From the NCBI GenBank assembly GCA_016793485.1, contig JAEULZ010000016.1:155837-219836 (forward strand): a DNA stretch of 64,000 bases, in the 5' to 3' direction. The notes below the pieces were generated by a model. The model was not told where the DNA came from and made no database searches. It saw nothing but the letters and a program-made list of their open reading frames with translations. The position numbers and the translations under genes are program-made. Positions 1 through 9,382 of this stretch are shown here, piece after piece. Numbering within the stretch: position 1 is the stretch's first letter; each line of letters opens with the position of its first letter. This DNA is from Mesorhizobium sp. (GTDB taxonomy: Bacteria > Pseudomonadota > Alphaproteobacteria > Rhizobiales > Rhizobiaceae).

Positions 1-6
1 TTTCCT

Positions 7-198
7 ATGCCGATTATTCGTGTCGAGCTTATCGAGGGACGAACGATTGAACAGAAGCGTGAGTTTGCCGAAGTTGTGACGCGAGAGGCCGCTCGTATTC
101 TGCGTTGCACGCCCGATGCGATCAATATCCTGTTTGCCCCTGTTGCACTCAACGAATGGGCGATCGGCGGCAAACTGGCAAGCGACCCGAAAGAATAG
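7..198 (+). CDS. 4-oxalocrotonate tautomerase family protein
   Basis: 63 aa; starts M-P-I-I-R-V-E-L-I-E-G-R-T-x-E-Q-K with the catalytic Pro1 pattern; ends W-x-I-G-G. Confidence 0.9.
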   Translation: MPIIRVELIEGRTIEQKREFAEVVTREAARILRCTPDAINILFAPVALNEWAIGGKLASDPKE

Positions 199-1197
199 CT
201 ACCGCCCCAATGCGGTCTTGAGATTGGGGCTGAGAAGCTCGACCTCTCCGGCAAAGCCGGCCAGCGCCTGGGAAATCAGCGAAAGGTCGCAATCCGCGCT
301 GTGGCCGCGCGCGTAACCCTCGATTGCACCGCTGCCGGGATAGCGGCCCTGCGGATGCCGGTAGAGATCCATCCCCGCGATCACGAGACGACGCGGCTTC
401 AGGGCCGCCGCCACCGCGATCATCAGCGCGCCATTGGTCGGAACGAGAGGCGCGCTCATATCCGCGATAGCCGGCGATAGTTCGTCGACGAAGAGATAGC
501 CGGCGCGCGGCGGCCGGAATGCGAGGAGGTGCTGCGCAAGCACCCGCCTGCCACCCATGGCGCACGGAAAGACAAGGATCGGTCGCAGTCCATCCGGAGG
601 CTGGTCGGGATCGGCAGTGAACACGGCATCCGGCCGACGAAATTTTCCGCGCACCTGCCATGTCCAGTTGACCCTAAACAGCGTCGCGTCGGAGTAACGA
701 TCAAGGGCTGTGTCCTCGGAGCTCGGCCCGTTGCCCAGGCAGAGGATTGTTTCGGGAGAACCAAGCGCGCCATTCAACGCCGCGATCGAGGTTAGTCTGC
801 GCGAACCAAAGAAAGGCAGCAGCGAAGCGACGCATGCGCCAATAGCATCGGCTGCGGGCTCAGTCCTGGCCGGAAGCCCGTCTATCGTGGTGGAGACAAG
901 ATCCGAATTCGCGCTCCCATCAATCACCAGCGCAATGCCGCGTCTGTGCCGTCGGCTCCCGGCAAGCGACGAATCCCTCACCACGCGCTCATGGCTGAAG
1001 CGCTGGCGCGCTTTCTCGTGATCCGCGTCGGGCACGGCGATGATCAGGTGGTAGTCCGCGCGGCGGCGCAACGCGGTATCGATGGTCGGCCACAGCGCCT
1101 CAACATCGTTCAACGAGCCTTCAAGCAGGATCGCCGGGCGCCGGTCTGGCGGCTGGCCGGGAGGATCAACAATGCCAAGCCATGCGGCGAGCGTCAC
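199..1197 (-). CDS. hypothetical protein, possibly glycosyltransferase-like (LPS/surface-glycan related)
   Basis: 332 aa; ILCLGNGPS and PTNG...IAGMDLY motifs resemble sialyltransferase-like/LpsA-type folds; function is inference. Confidence 0.45.
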   Translation of the reverse strand: MTLAAWLGIVDPPGQPPDRRPAILLEGSLNDVEALWPTIDTALRRRADYHLIIAVPDADHEKARQRFSHERVVRDSSLAGSRRHRRGIALVIDGSANSDLVSTTIDGLPARTEPAADAIGACVASLLPFFGSRRLTSIAALNGALGSPETILCLGNGPSSEDTALDRYSDATLFRVNWTWQVRGKFRRPDAVFTADPDQPPDGLRPILVFPCAMGGRRVLAQHLLAFRPPRAGYLFVDELSPAIADMSAPLVPTNGALMIAVAAALKPRRLVIAGMDLYRHPQGRYPGSGAIEGYARGHSADCDLSLISQALAGFAGEVELLSPNLKTALGR

Positions 1198-1224
1198 GGC
1201 GCGCTCCCCGCACGGTGATTGCGG

Positions 1225-2694
1225 TCAGGCGTAGTTGATATACATCGTCTTCTTCTGGAAATACGCATCCAGTCCGTACTTTCCGTCTTCGCCGCCGATG
1301 CCGCTGTCCCTGATCCCGGCATGGTGGGCATGGACAGCGTCGCCGCCCGGCCGATTGACGTAGATTTCGCCGAATTTCAGCTCGCGCACCAGCCGCATCA
1401 TGCGCCGCATGTCCTTGGTGAAGACGTAGGCCGACAGGCCATAGCGGGATTCGTTGGCGAGACGCAGGCCTTCGTCGAAATCGGTCACGGTCATGATCGG
1501 CACGACGGGACCGAACACCTCGTCCTGCATGATGCGCATCTGGTTGTCGTTCACCGACATGACGGTCGGCTCGTACCAGTGCCCCCGCGCAAACTCCTCT
1601 CCCGGCATACGCTTTCCGCCTGTCAGGATTTCAGCCCCTGCCTGGGTTGCCTGCTCGACCATGCGCTCGACCTTTTCCAACTCCGGCTTGCTGAATTTCG
1701 GGCCGACATCCACAAGCGTCGTCGGATCGCCGACCTTCAGACCCTTCACCGCGTGGATAAAGCGCTCGGTGAATTCGGCGGCCACCTTCCGGTGAACATA
1801 CATGCGCTCGTTGCAGATGCAGATCTGCCCGCAATTCTCGAAGCGAGAGAGCACCGCCGCGCGGACCGCCGCCGGAATGTCTGCATCCTCAGCGACGATG
1901 AACGGCGCCTTGCCACCCAGCTCGAGCCTGAGCAGCTTCAGGTCGTCGGCCGAATTGCGGAAGATTTCCTTGCCCGCTCGTACGCTGCCGGTCAGCGTGA
2001 TCAGGCGCGGGATGGGATGGCGCACGAGCGCCGAGCCAAGCCCTTCGCCGGTGCCGCTGACGACATTGATCACGCCGGGCGGAAAATCCGCCTGTACCGA
2101 AAGCTGCGCGATCTCAAACGCCGAGATCGGCGTCCCCTCATGCGCCTTCACCACGACGGTGTTGCCAGCAATGAGGGCTGGGCCAATTTTGCGGCACATC
2201 AGGCCGGCCGGGTAGTTCCATGCTGTCAGCGCAAGCACTACGCCATGCGCGACACGCTGGATCCAGACCTGCTCGTCCGGCATATCGGAGGGGATGATGT
2301 CGCCGGTAATACGCCGCGCTTCCTCGGCAGCGTAGGTCAGGTAAAGCGCCGCAACTTCGATCTCGCCACGCGCCTCCTGCAGCGGCTTGCCTTGCTCGGC
2401 GACGACGATGCGCGCCAGCCGTTCACGATTTTCGAGAATGAGCCTTGCGAGGTCTTTCAGCAGTTGGCCCCGTGACGCAGGCGGCAATGCTTCCCACGCC
2501 GGCTGCGCCGCGCGCGCCGCGACCAGCGCACGGTCGGCGTCATCGGGGCTGCCGTTCGGCACAGAGGCAATTACCTGCTCCGTCGCGGGATTCTCGACGT
2601 CGATCCATTCCTTCACGGTGGATTCGACCCACTGGCCGCCGATGAAATGCTTGTAGCGGTCGACACCCTTCACGAGTTCTTTCATCGCAGGCAT
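1225..2694 (-). CDS. NAD-dependent aldehyde dehydrogenase, AldA (lactaldehyde/glycolaldehyde dehydrogenase)-like
   Basis: LELGGKAP (catalytic Glu), NCGQICIC (catalytic Cys), EVFGPV; start placed at MPAMKEL (2694) because the longer ORF overlaps dctM. Confidence 0.9.
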   Translation of the reverse strand: MPAMKELVKGVDRYKHFIGGQWVESTVKEWIDVENPATEQVIASVPNGSPDDADRALVAARAAQPAWEALPPASRGQLLKDLARLILENRERLARIVVAEQGKPLQEARGEIEVAALYLTYAAEEARRITGDIIPSDMPDEQVWIQRVAHGVVLALTAWNYPAGLMCRKIGPALIAGNTVVVKAHEGTPISAFEIAQLSVQADFPPGVINVVSGTGEGLGSALVRHPIPRLITLTGSVRAGKEIFRNSADDLKLLRLELGGKAPFIVAEDADIPAAVRAAVLSRFENCGQICICNERMYVHRKVAAEFTERFIHAVKGLKVGDPTTLVDVGPKFSKPELEKVERMVEQATQAGAEILTGGKRMPGEEFARGHWYEPTVMSVNDNQMRIMQDEVFGPVVPIMTVTDFDEGLRLANESRYGLSAYVFTKDMRRMMRLVRELKFGEIYVNRPGGDAVHAHHAGIRDSGIGGEDGKYGLDAYFQKKTMYINYA

Positions 2695-2738
2695 GCGTGG
2701 TCTTCTTTCTTGGACGTTGTCGAAAGCAGTTTTTATTC

Positions 2739-4049
2739 TCAGCCGGCAGGCAATCGGAGCGGTTCGTATCCCATCATTTCCGGCAGGAAGAGGGTGATGC
2801 TCGGGAAGAAGACGAGCACGAAGAGCAGGGCAATCAGCACGAAGAGGAATATCCACAATTCCTTCGTGATTTCCGCCACCTTGATCCCCGAGACGCCAGC
2901 TATCAGGAAGACGAGTTCGCCCATCGGCGGCGTCACAAGACCGATCATCATGTTGACGACCGACACGACGCCGAAATGAACCGGGTCGATGCCGAGCGCG
3001 ATGACGGTCGGCATCAGGATCGGCACGATGATCAGGAGCATCAGCAGAGTGTCGAGAAACGCACCGAGGACCAGGAACAGCAGCGTCACGACCAGCAGGA
3101 ACATGGACGGCGACATGTCGAGCCCCGTCATCCATTCTCCCATGTATTTCGGAATCTGCTCGGCCGCCACGATCCAGTTCATGACCAGCGCGCCGGCGAT
3201 CGTCACCGCGACGATGCCTGTCGCCCGCGAGGACTCGACAAGCACCTTGTAGAGGTCGGCGAAGCTGAAGGAGCGGTACCACAGGAAAGCGAGCAGGAGG
3301 CCCAGCATGGCGCAGACAGCCGCCGCCTCTGTCGGCGTGACCGCACCGCTATAAATGCCTCCCAGCATGATCGCGGGAATCATCAGCGCCGGCAGCGCAG
3401 TAAAAGTTGCGCGCACCGCCTCGTTGATCGTCGGCGGCACTTCCGTGGGAAAGTTACGGCGGCGGGACAGGTAGACGACGACGCCCGATTGCGCGGCGGC
3501 AAGCAGCAGGCCAGGAATGATACCGCCGATGAAGAGGTAGCCAATGGAGGTGTTGGTCACCACGCCGTAGAGGATCATCGGGATCGAAGGCGGAATAATC
3601 GGCCCGATAATCGCCGACGTGGTCGACAGCGCGGCGGAGAAGCCGGGCGAATATCCCGCCTTGACCATCATGTCGACTTCCAGCTTGCCCGGGCCGGCAG
3701 CGTCGGCAAGGGCGCTGCCGCTCATGCCCGAGAAGATGACGCTCGCCACAATATTGACGTGAGCCAACCCCCCACGGAAACGGCCGACCAGCAGGTTCGC
3801 GAACTGGAACAGGCGATCGGTTATCTTCGACGCGTTCATGATCTCCGCGGAGAAGATGAACAGCGGAACTGCCATAAGCACGAAGCTGCTGTACAGCCCA
3901 TTCAGGCTCTGCGACGCGACCAGTCCGATGTCCTGGCCCGTCATGAACAGGTACACGATCGCCGAGGCGAGCATGGCGTGGCCAATCGGCATACCCAGGA
4001 AGGACCACGCGAAGAACAGGAAGAACATGACATAGGCTGCGAAGCTCAT
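2739..4049 (-). CDS. dctM: TRAP transporter large permease
   Basis: GMSGSALADAA and IGPIIPPSIPMILYG motifs, many TM helices; start MSFAAY at 4049. Confidence 0.93.
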   Translation of the reverse strand: MSFAAYVMFFLFFAWSFLGMPIGHAMLASAIVYLFMTGQDIGLVASQSLNGLYSSFVLMAVPLFIFSAEIMNASKITDRLFQFANLLVGRFRGGLAHVNIVASVIFSGMSGSALADAAGPGKLEVDMMVKAGYSPGFSAALSTTSAIIGPIIPPSIPMILYGVVTNTSIGYLFIGGIIPGLLLAAAQSGVVVYLSRRRNFPTEVPPTINEAVRATFTALPALMIPAIMLGGIYSGAVTPTEAAAVCAMLGLLLAFLWYRSFSFADLYKVLVESSRATGIVAVTIAGALVMNWIVAAEQIPKYMGEWMTGLDMSPSMFLLVVTLLFLVLGAFLDTLLMLLIIVPILMPTVIALGIDPVHFGVVSVVNMMIGLVTPPMGELVFLIAGVSGIKVAEITKELWIFLFVLIALLFVLVFFPSITLFLPEMMGYEPLRLPAG

Positions 4050-4053
4050 GGCC

Positions 4054-4581
4054 CTAGAGCTCCGCTTGCCATTCACGGCCCAACAGGCGGCGAACGCGGA
4101 TCGCGGCCCCTATGACAACCGCGAGCATGAAGATAACGAAACAGGAATAGACGAGATCCATGGGAAGCTTGAGCAGCATCGTCGTGCGTCGACCGAGGAA
4201 CAGAACGTAGTCGACCACGCCCGGCATCGCCGCCAGGAAGATAAGACCAAGGGTGGCTGTGTTGACGATGGCGACCACCCTTCGCGCACGGGGAGGAAAC
4301 CTGTTGTATAGAAGGTCGAACAGAATGTGCTTGCGTTCGCTGACGAGTATGCCGCTGCTCCAGAACACAACCCAGACATAGGCGATGGAACACAGTTCCA
4401 GCGACCAGGAAATCGGAAAGTTAAAGACATACCGGCTGATGATCTGGATCATGAAACCGATGAACATGACTGCGAAGAAGAACGCAGACATGCCCTCACC
4501 GAAACGCATCCAAAGGCCGAGCCAGCCCTGCGGCTTGGCGGGCTCGGGGCCCGCCTCCGCGATGTATTCCTGAACACTCAC
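4054..4581 (-). CDS. dctQ: TRAP transporter small permease
   Basis: 175 aa, 4 TM, ISRYVFNFPISWSLEL and HILFDLL motifs; between dctP and dctM. Confidence 0.9.
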   Translation of the reverse strand: MSVQEYIAEAGPEPAKPQGWLGLWMRFGEGMSAFFFAVMFIGFMIQIISRYVFNFPISWSLELCSIAYVWVVFWSSGILVSERKHILFDLLYNRFPPRARRVVAIVNTATLGLIFLAAMPGVVDYVLFLGRRTTMLLKLPMDLVYSCFVIFMLAVVIGAAIRVRRLLGREWQAEL

Positions 4582-4584
4582 TGT

Positions 4585-5613
4585 CTATGCGGCCTGAATG
4601 CGCTCAAGCAGGCCCGGCGGCCAGGATTTGGCGAAATCCGAACCGGCGAAGGCATCGAGAACCTTCTTGCGGAACGCGGCAACGTCAGGAGTCACGACCG
4701 TAACGCCCTTGCCCTCAAGGAATGCGACGCCTTCCTTCTCCGTGCCAAGCACGCCCGCGTCGTTGAACGCCTTGGCTTCGGCCTCGGCGGCTTCGATCTG
4801 CGCCTTCTCCTCGTCAGTCAAGCTGTTCCAGAAGCCTCCGGCAAAGGTGAAGAACGTGTTCGAGACCATGTGATTGGTTAGGACGACGCCCTTGGCAACC
4901 TCGTAGAACTTGTTCGAGATGATATCCGGGAGCGGGTTCTCCAGCCCATCGATCGTGCCCGTCTGCAGGGCGAGGTAGATTTCCTCGAAGGACAGCGGAG
5001 TCGCGTTCGCGCCGAGCGCATTGCCGAGGAACTGCCAAGCTTCCGAACCCGGCATGCGCAGCTTCAGCCCCGCGAGGTCGGCCGGAACCTTAACGTCCTT
5101 TGGCTCGCGCAACATGACCTGACGGCTGCCAAGATACTGGCTGCGGACGATCTGGAGGTCGAGGTCCTTGGCGACCCGCTCCTTGTATTCCTTGCCGATA
5201 TCACCGTCATAGACCGCGTCCAGATGTGCCGCGTCGCGCATGAGGTAACCGGTCGTGAAGATCGAGTATTCGGGTATCAGCTCGGTGATGTCCTGCGGCG
5301 AGATCATAGCCACCTCGAGGTTGCCGCGCTGCATCGCCTCGATTTCGGTGCCCTGACCAAACAACGTGCCGTTGAAATGAATCTGGACGTCGAACTTGCC
5401 GGGGGCCGCCGCCTCAAGGGACTCTTTAAACTTAACCAGCGCTTTCGACTGCCACTCATCGGCGGAACCCGGCGTCGAAATCCGGATGACCTTCGCTTGG
5501 GCGAATGCTGCTCGCGGCAGGAATGTAGCGCCGGCCAACCCAGCGGCGACGCCTGCCAGGACGGTCCTGCGGCTTATCCCTTGTCCGGGCGGCGAAGAAA
5601 GCATTTTTGACAT
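4585..5613 (-). CDS. dctP: TRAP solute-binding protein with Tat-type signal
   Basis: SRRTVL twin-arginine signal; DLAGLKLRMP, EIYLALQTGTIDGLENP motifs. Confidence 0.93.
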   Translation of the reverse strand: MSKMLSSPPGQGISRRTVLAGVAAGLAGATFLPRAAFAQAKVIRISTPGSADEWQSKALVKFKESLEAAAPGKFDVQIHFNGTLFGQGTEIEAMQRGNLEVAMISPQDITELIPEYSIFTTGYLMRDAAHLDAVYDGDIGKEYKERVAKDLDLQIVRSQYLGSRQVMLREPKDVKVPADLAGLKLRMPGSEAWQFLGNALGANATPLSFEEIYLALQTGTIDGLENPLPDIISNKFYEVAKGVVLTNHMVSNTFFTFAGGFWNSLTDEEKAQIEAAEAEAKAFNDAGVLGTEKEGVAFLEGKGVTVVTPDVAAFRKKVLDAFAGSDFAKSWPPGLLERIQAA

Positions 5614-5700
5614 TTCTGGACCCCTCTAGAGCTTCTGATTTCTTGGCGGGCGGGCACTCCCCTGCCCTTGCGACAGGAAGGCTCACATACAGAGGGACAG

Positions 5701-5745
5701 GCGTCAAGATAAATGTTGACAATGTGCAATCAATCATCATTTCTC
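5701..5745. promoter_or_regulatory. divergent promoter region with TTGACA and a TGT-N2-ACA palindrome
   Basis: AT-rich patch AAATGTTGACAATGTGCAATCAATCATCATT between divergent dctP and dapA-like genes; TTGACA at 5716-5721. Confidence 0.5.
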
Positions 5746-5791
5746 TGAAACCAAGCAGCCGCTGCAAGGCTGACCGAACAGCGGACCAGCA

Positions 5792-6802
5792 ATGACGGCG
5801 AATTCGGATATGACAGAAGATGGCCTTCCGGCGCGGGAATGCCTTGCTGTAGCCGCGGCCACGCCGGTGACTGCCGACTTCGCTCCCGACCACGCCTTGC
5901 TGGCGCAACACTGCGCGATGCTGCTGGGTTCTGGCTGTGACGGCATCGCGCTTTTTGGAACGACAGGCGAGGGTCCGGAGTTCACTGCCGCCGATCGTAA
6001 GGCCGGGCTTGAAGCGGTTCTGGGCTCAGGCATTGCCCCCGGGAAACTGGTCGTGTCCGCCACGGCCCTGTCGATCGGCGAGACTGTCGATGTTGCGCGT
6101 CATGCGGTCGACGCGCGCGTCGACAGTATTCTCCTGATGCCACCCTGCATGTTCCGCTCGAACATAACGGCGGAGGGCACTTACCAATTCTATGCAACGG
6201 TGATCGACCGGATCGCACGCGATGACCTGCGGCTTTGCCTCTATCATTTCCCGGACATCTGCGGCGTGCCGCTCACGCCTCCCATCGTGCGCCGTCTCGA
6301 CGAGGCGTTCCCGGGCATCATCACCGGCGTCAAGGACAGCGGCGGAGACTTCGGCTTCACGGAATCTATGATCCGCTCCTGCGGTCATCTGCGTATCTAC
6401 ACCGGCAGCGAGATTCACATCCCGCAGGCTCTTGCGGCCGGAGCCTACGGAACGATTTGCGGACTAGGCAATATCATGCCGCGCCTGCTGAGGACGATGT
6501 TCGACGCACCCACCGCATTCGATCGCAGGCTTCTCGTGCCTCTCATCACATCCGGCGACCTCATCCTCTCGCGCCAGTCATTCGGTGCTTCCATCAAATC
6601 CGTGCTGGCGCAGGTGTCGGGGGAGGCGTCCTGGGCGCGCATGCTGCCGCCCCAGGAAGAATTGCATCACCCTGAGCGCGGATGGATGGTGGCGGATTTC
6701 GAGCGCTGGGAAAGATCGCTGCCTCCTTCTCTACGCAGCTTCTATGTTGATGATGCGCTCGCGGTGCAGGACAATGTCCTGCCGCTTCGGCGAGCCTTGT
6801 GA
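5792..6802 (+). CDS. DapA/class I aldolase family protein
   Basis: FGTTGEG, LYHFP and GVKDSGG (Schiff-base Lys) motifs. Confidence 0.85.
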   Translation: MTANSDMTEDGLPARECLAVAAATPVTADFAPDHALLAQHCAMLLGSGCDGIALFGTTGEGPEFTAADRKAGLEAVLGSGIAPGKLVVSATALSIGETVDVARHAVDARVDSILLMPPCMFRSNITAEGTYQFYATVIDRIARDDLRLCLYHFPDICGVPLTPPIVRRLDEAFPGIITGVKDSGGDFGFTESMIRSCGHLRIYTGSEIHIPQALAAGAYGTICGLGNIMPRLLRTMFDAPTAFDRRLLVPLITSGDLILSRQSFGASIKSVLAQVSGEASWARMLPPQEELHHPERGWMVADFERWERSLPPSLRSFYVDDALAVQDNVLPLRRAL

Positions 6803-6825
6803 CCTTTTCAGGAAGGAAGACGAAA

Positions 6826-7743
6826 ATGGCGTTATGGAGCGGCGTGTTTCCCGCGGTGACGACAAAGCTGCGGCAGGACGGCAGCATAGATATCGAATGG
6901 ACGCAGCGCAGCATCGACCGCCTGATTGCATCAGGTGTCTCAGGCATCATCGTCCTGCCCATGCTCGGGGAAAACGCGTCGCTTGCGATGGAAGAACGCG
7001 AAACCGTTATCCGCGCAGCGAAGGAAGCCGTCGCGAGCCGCGTGCCCCTTCTGAGCGGCCTTGCTGAAGTTTCGACAGCTGCCGCGGCAGCCTCGGCCCG
7101 CCACTACGAAAAGCTTGGTGCACAGGGCCTGATGGCGTTCCCCTCGATCGCCTACAAGAGCGACCCCCGCGAGACGGTTGCATGGTACAAGGATCTCGCC
7201 GCTTCCTGCGGTCTGCCGATCATGATCTACAACAATCCGATCGCCTATGGCGTCGACGTCACGCCGCCGATCCTCTCGCAACTGGCAGACACTCCTTCCA
7301 TCGTCTGTATCAAGGAAGAATGCGGAGATATCCGGCGTGTCACGGACCTCTACAATGCCTGCGGCGACCGCTTCTCGATCTTCTGCGGCGTCGATGACCT
7401 GATCCTCGAAAGCGTGGCGCTCGGCGTTACCGGCTGGGTCTCGGGCATGACCAACGCTTGGCCAGAGGAATGCGTCGCCCTCTTCAATCTCGCCAGAAGC
7501 GGCAAATACGACGAAGCGCGCGCGCTCTACCGCATAATGACCCCAGCCTTTCACCTCGACACGCATGTGAAGCTTGTCCAGTACATCAAGATGGCCGAGC
7601 ATCTCGTCTACGGCGCGCCGGAATGGGTGCGCAAACCAAGGCTGCCGCTCGAAGGCGCCGAGCGCGATTTTGTCGTCTCCGTGATCCGCGATACCATCGC
7701 CAGCCTCGCCGCGCGGGCGGCTCCTGTTCGCGCGGCCTCCTGA
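6826..7743 (+). CDS. DapA-family protein, similar to 1-pyrroline-4-hydroxy-2-carboxylate deaminase (HypD/LhpC type)
   Basis: WSGVFPAVTT N-terminus, YNNP, CIKEECGD, GWVSGMTNAWP; start MALW at 6826; substrate is inference. Confidence 0.75.
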   Translation: MALWSGVFPAVTTKLRQDGSIDIEWTQRSIDRLIASGVSGIIVLPMLGENASLAMEERETVIRAAKEAVASRVPLLSGLAEVSTAAAAASARHYEKLGAQGLMAFPSIAYKSDPRETVAWYKDLAASCGLPIMIYNNPIAYGVDVTPPILSQLADTPSIVCIKEECGDIRRVTDLYNACGDRFSIFCGVDDLILESVALGVTGWVSGMTNAWPEECVALFNLARSGKYDEARALYRIMTPAFHLDTHVKLVQYIKMAEHLVYGAPEWVRKPRLPLEGAERDFVVSVIRDTIASLAARAAPVRAAS

Positions 7744-7754
7744 GAGGGATCGCC

Positions 7755-8558
7755 ATGGCGCATGCCTTGAACCCTTCGCCTGCGGCAGTAACCGGCGCAT
7801 CGTCCGGCACGAACCAGCCGGATCTCGACTCAGCCGAAATCTGGCAGGCACGCGCGGACCTTGCCGCCTGCTTCCGCATGGCGGCGCGTTACGGCCTGGA
7901 AGAGGGCATCTGCAACCACTTCTCAGCTGTCGTGCCAGGCTATGACGACCTCTTCATCGTCAATCCCTATGGCTACGCCTTTCGGGAACTGACGGCTTCG
8001 AAGCTCTTGATCTGCGATCTGCATGGCAACGTCGTATCAGGCGAGGGTCAGCCAGAGGCGACAGCCTTCTACATCCATGCCCGCATTCACAAACGCATTC
8101 CGCGCGCCCGTGTGGCGTTTCATACGCACATGCCCTACGCCACGGCCTTGTCGATGACCGAAGGAGATCCCCTGATCTTCGCGGGCCAGACATCGCTGAA
8201 ATTCTATGGCCGCACGGCGTTCGACCGCGACTACAACGGCCTTGCGCTCGACGAAAGCGAGGGAGATCGCATCGCCGCAGCCGCAGGCGATGCGGACATC
8301 ATATTCATGAAGAACCATGGCGTGATGGTGCTGGCGCCGAACATCGCCGAGGCATGGGACGACCTCTACTATCTGGAGCGCGCCGCCGAAGTGCAGGTTC
8401 TGGCTCTGTCGACCGGCCGCGACGTAAAGCCCGTCGATCCGGCGATTGCGGAAAGAGCATATCGGCAGATGCGTGAGGGCGATCCCGAATCGGCGAGGCT
8501 ACACCTCGCTTCCGTGCGTCGTCAGCTGGATGTCGAAGAGCCCGACTATGCGCGTTGA
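7755..8558 (+). CDS. class II aldolase/adducin family protein
   Basis: EEGICNHFS, FYIHARIH, FHTHMPYA, MKNHGV metal-binding motifs; start MAHAL at 7755. Confidence 0.88.
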   Translation: MAHALNPSPAAVTGASSGTNQPDLDSAEIWQARADLAACFRMAARYGLEEGICNHFSAVVPGYDDLFIVNPYGYAFRELTASKLLICDLHGNVVSGEGQPEATAFYIHARIHKRIPRARVAFHTHMPYATALSMTEGDPLIFAGQTSLKFYGRTAFDRDYNGLALDESEGDRIAAAAGDADIIFMKNHGVMVLAPNIAEAWDDLYYLERAAEVQVLALSTGRDVKPVDPAIAERAYRQMREGDPESARLHLASVRRQLDVEEPDYAR

Positions 8559-9356
8559 TTGTCAACGTTTCGGAGCACGACCGTGACAGCCGGTCGTGTC
8601 GCGCTGGTTACCGGAGGCTGCAGCGGCATCGGGCTGGCAACGGCTCGATCACTGGCGAAGGACGGGCTCGCCGTCGCGATCATGGACCGCGTGGTCGAAG
8701 ATGCACAGGGACTAACCGACGAGCTCAAGTCGCTCGGCGCACCTGCGGCTCGCGTGGTCGGTGGTGACCTTGCTGCGATCGAAGCACACGATGGAATATT
8801 GGACGACATCGAAGAAGCGCTCGGGCCCATCGACCTCCTCATCAACAATGCGGGCGTGCCCGCCAAGGTACGCGGTGACCTCCTGCAACTTCAGCCGGAT
8901 TCATTCGACCATGTCCTCGGCATCAATCTGCGCGGCACCTTCTTCCTGACCCAGAACGTCGGCAGGCGCATGGTCGCCCGTCCACGCACCGAAGGGCATG
9001 CTCGATCGATTATCGTCATCTCTTCCGTCAGCGCAACGATGGCCTCGCCCGAGCGCGGCGAGTATTGCCTGTCGAAGTCTGCCCTGCCGATGCTCGTGAA
9101 GCTGTTTGCCCTGCGGCTGGCCGAACATGGCATTGGCGTTTTCGAGATCAGGCCGGGAATAATTCGCACGCCCATGACTGCCGGCGTCGTGGCCCGCTAC
9201 GATCCGTTGATCGAAGGCGGGCTTGTCCCATCGGGACGATGGGGTGAGCCGGAAGATATCGCCCGGGCCGTCAGCCTCCTCGCGCGCGAGGACCTGTCTT
9301 TTGCGACAGGCTCGGTCATCGCAGCCGACGGCGGTCTCTCCATCGCCAGGCTTTGA
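8559..9356 (+). CDS. short-chain dehydrogenase/reductase
   Basis: VTGGCSGIG, LINNAG, YCLSK (YxxxK); start uncertain. Confidence 0.9.
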   Translation: MSTFRSTTVTAGRVALVTGGCSGIGLATARSLAKDGLAVAIMDRVVEDAQGLTDELKSLGAPAARVVGGDLAAIEAHDGILDDIEEALGPIDLLINNAGVPAKVRGDLLQLQPDSFDHVLGINLRGTFFLTQNVGRRMVARPRTEGHARSIIVISSVSATMASPERGEYCLSKSALPMLVKLFALRLAEHGIGVFEIRPGIIRTPMTAGVVARYDPLIEGGLVPSGRWGEPEDIARAVSLLAREDLSFATGSVIAADGGLSIARL

Positions 9357-9382
9357 TGCTCTGCGATCGGACTACGGCTGCT

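Noticed and set aside
2695-3282. 685-aa version of the aldehyde dehydrogenase ORF
   Set aside because: The extension overlaps dctM in another frame; homology starts at MPAMKEL (2694).
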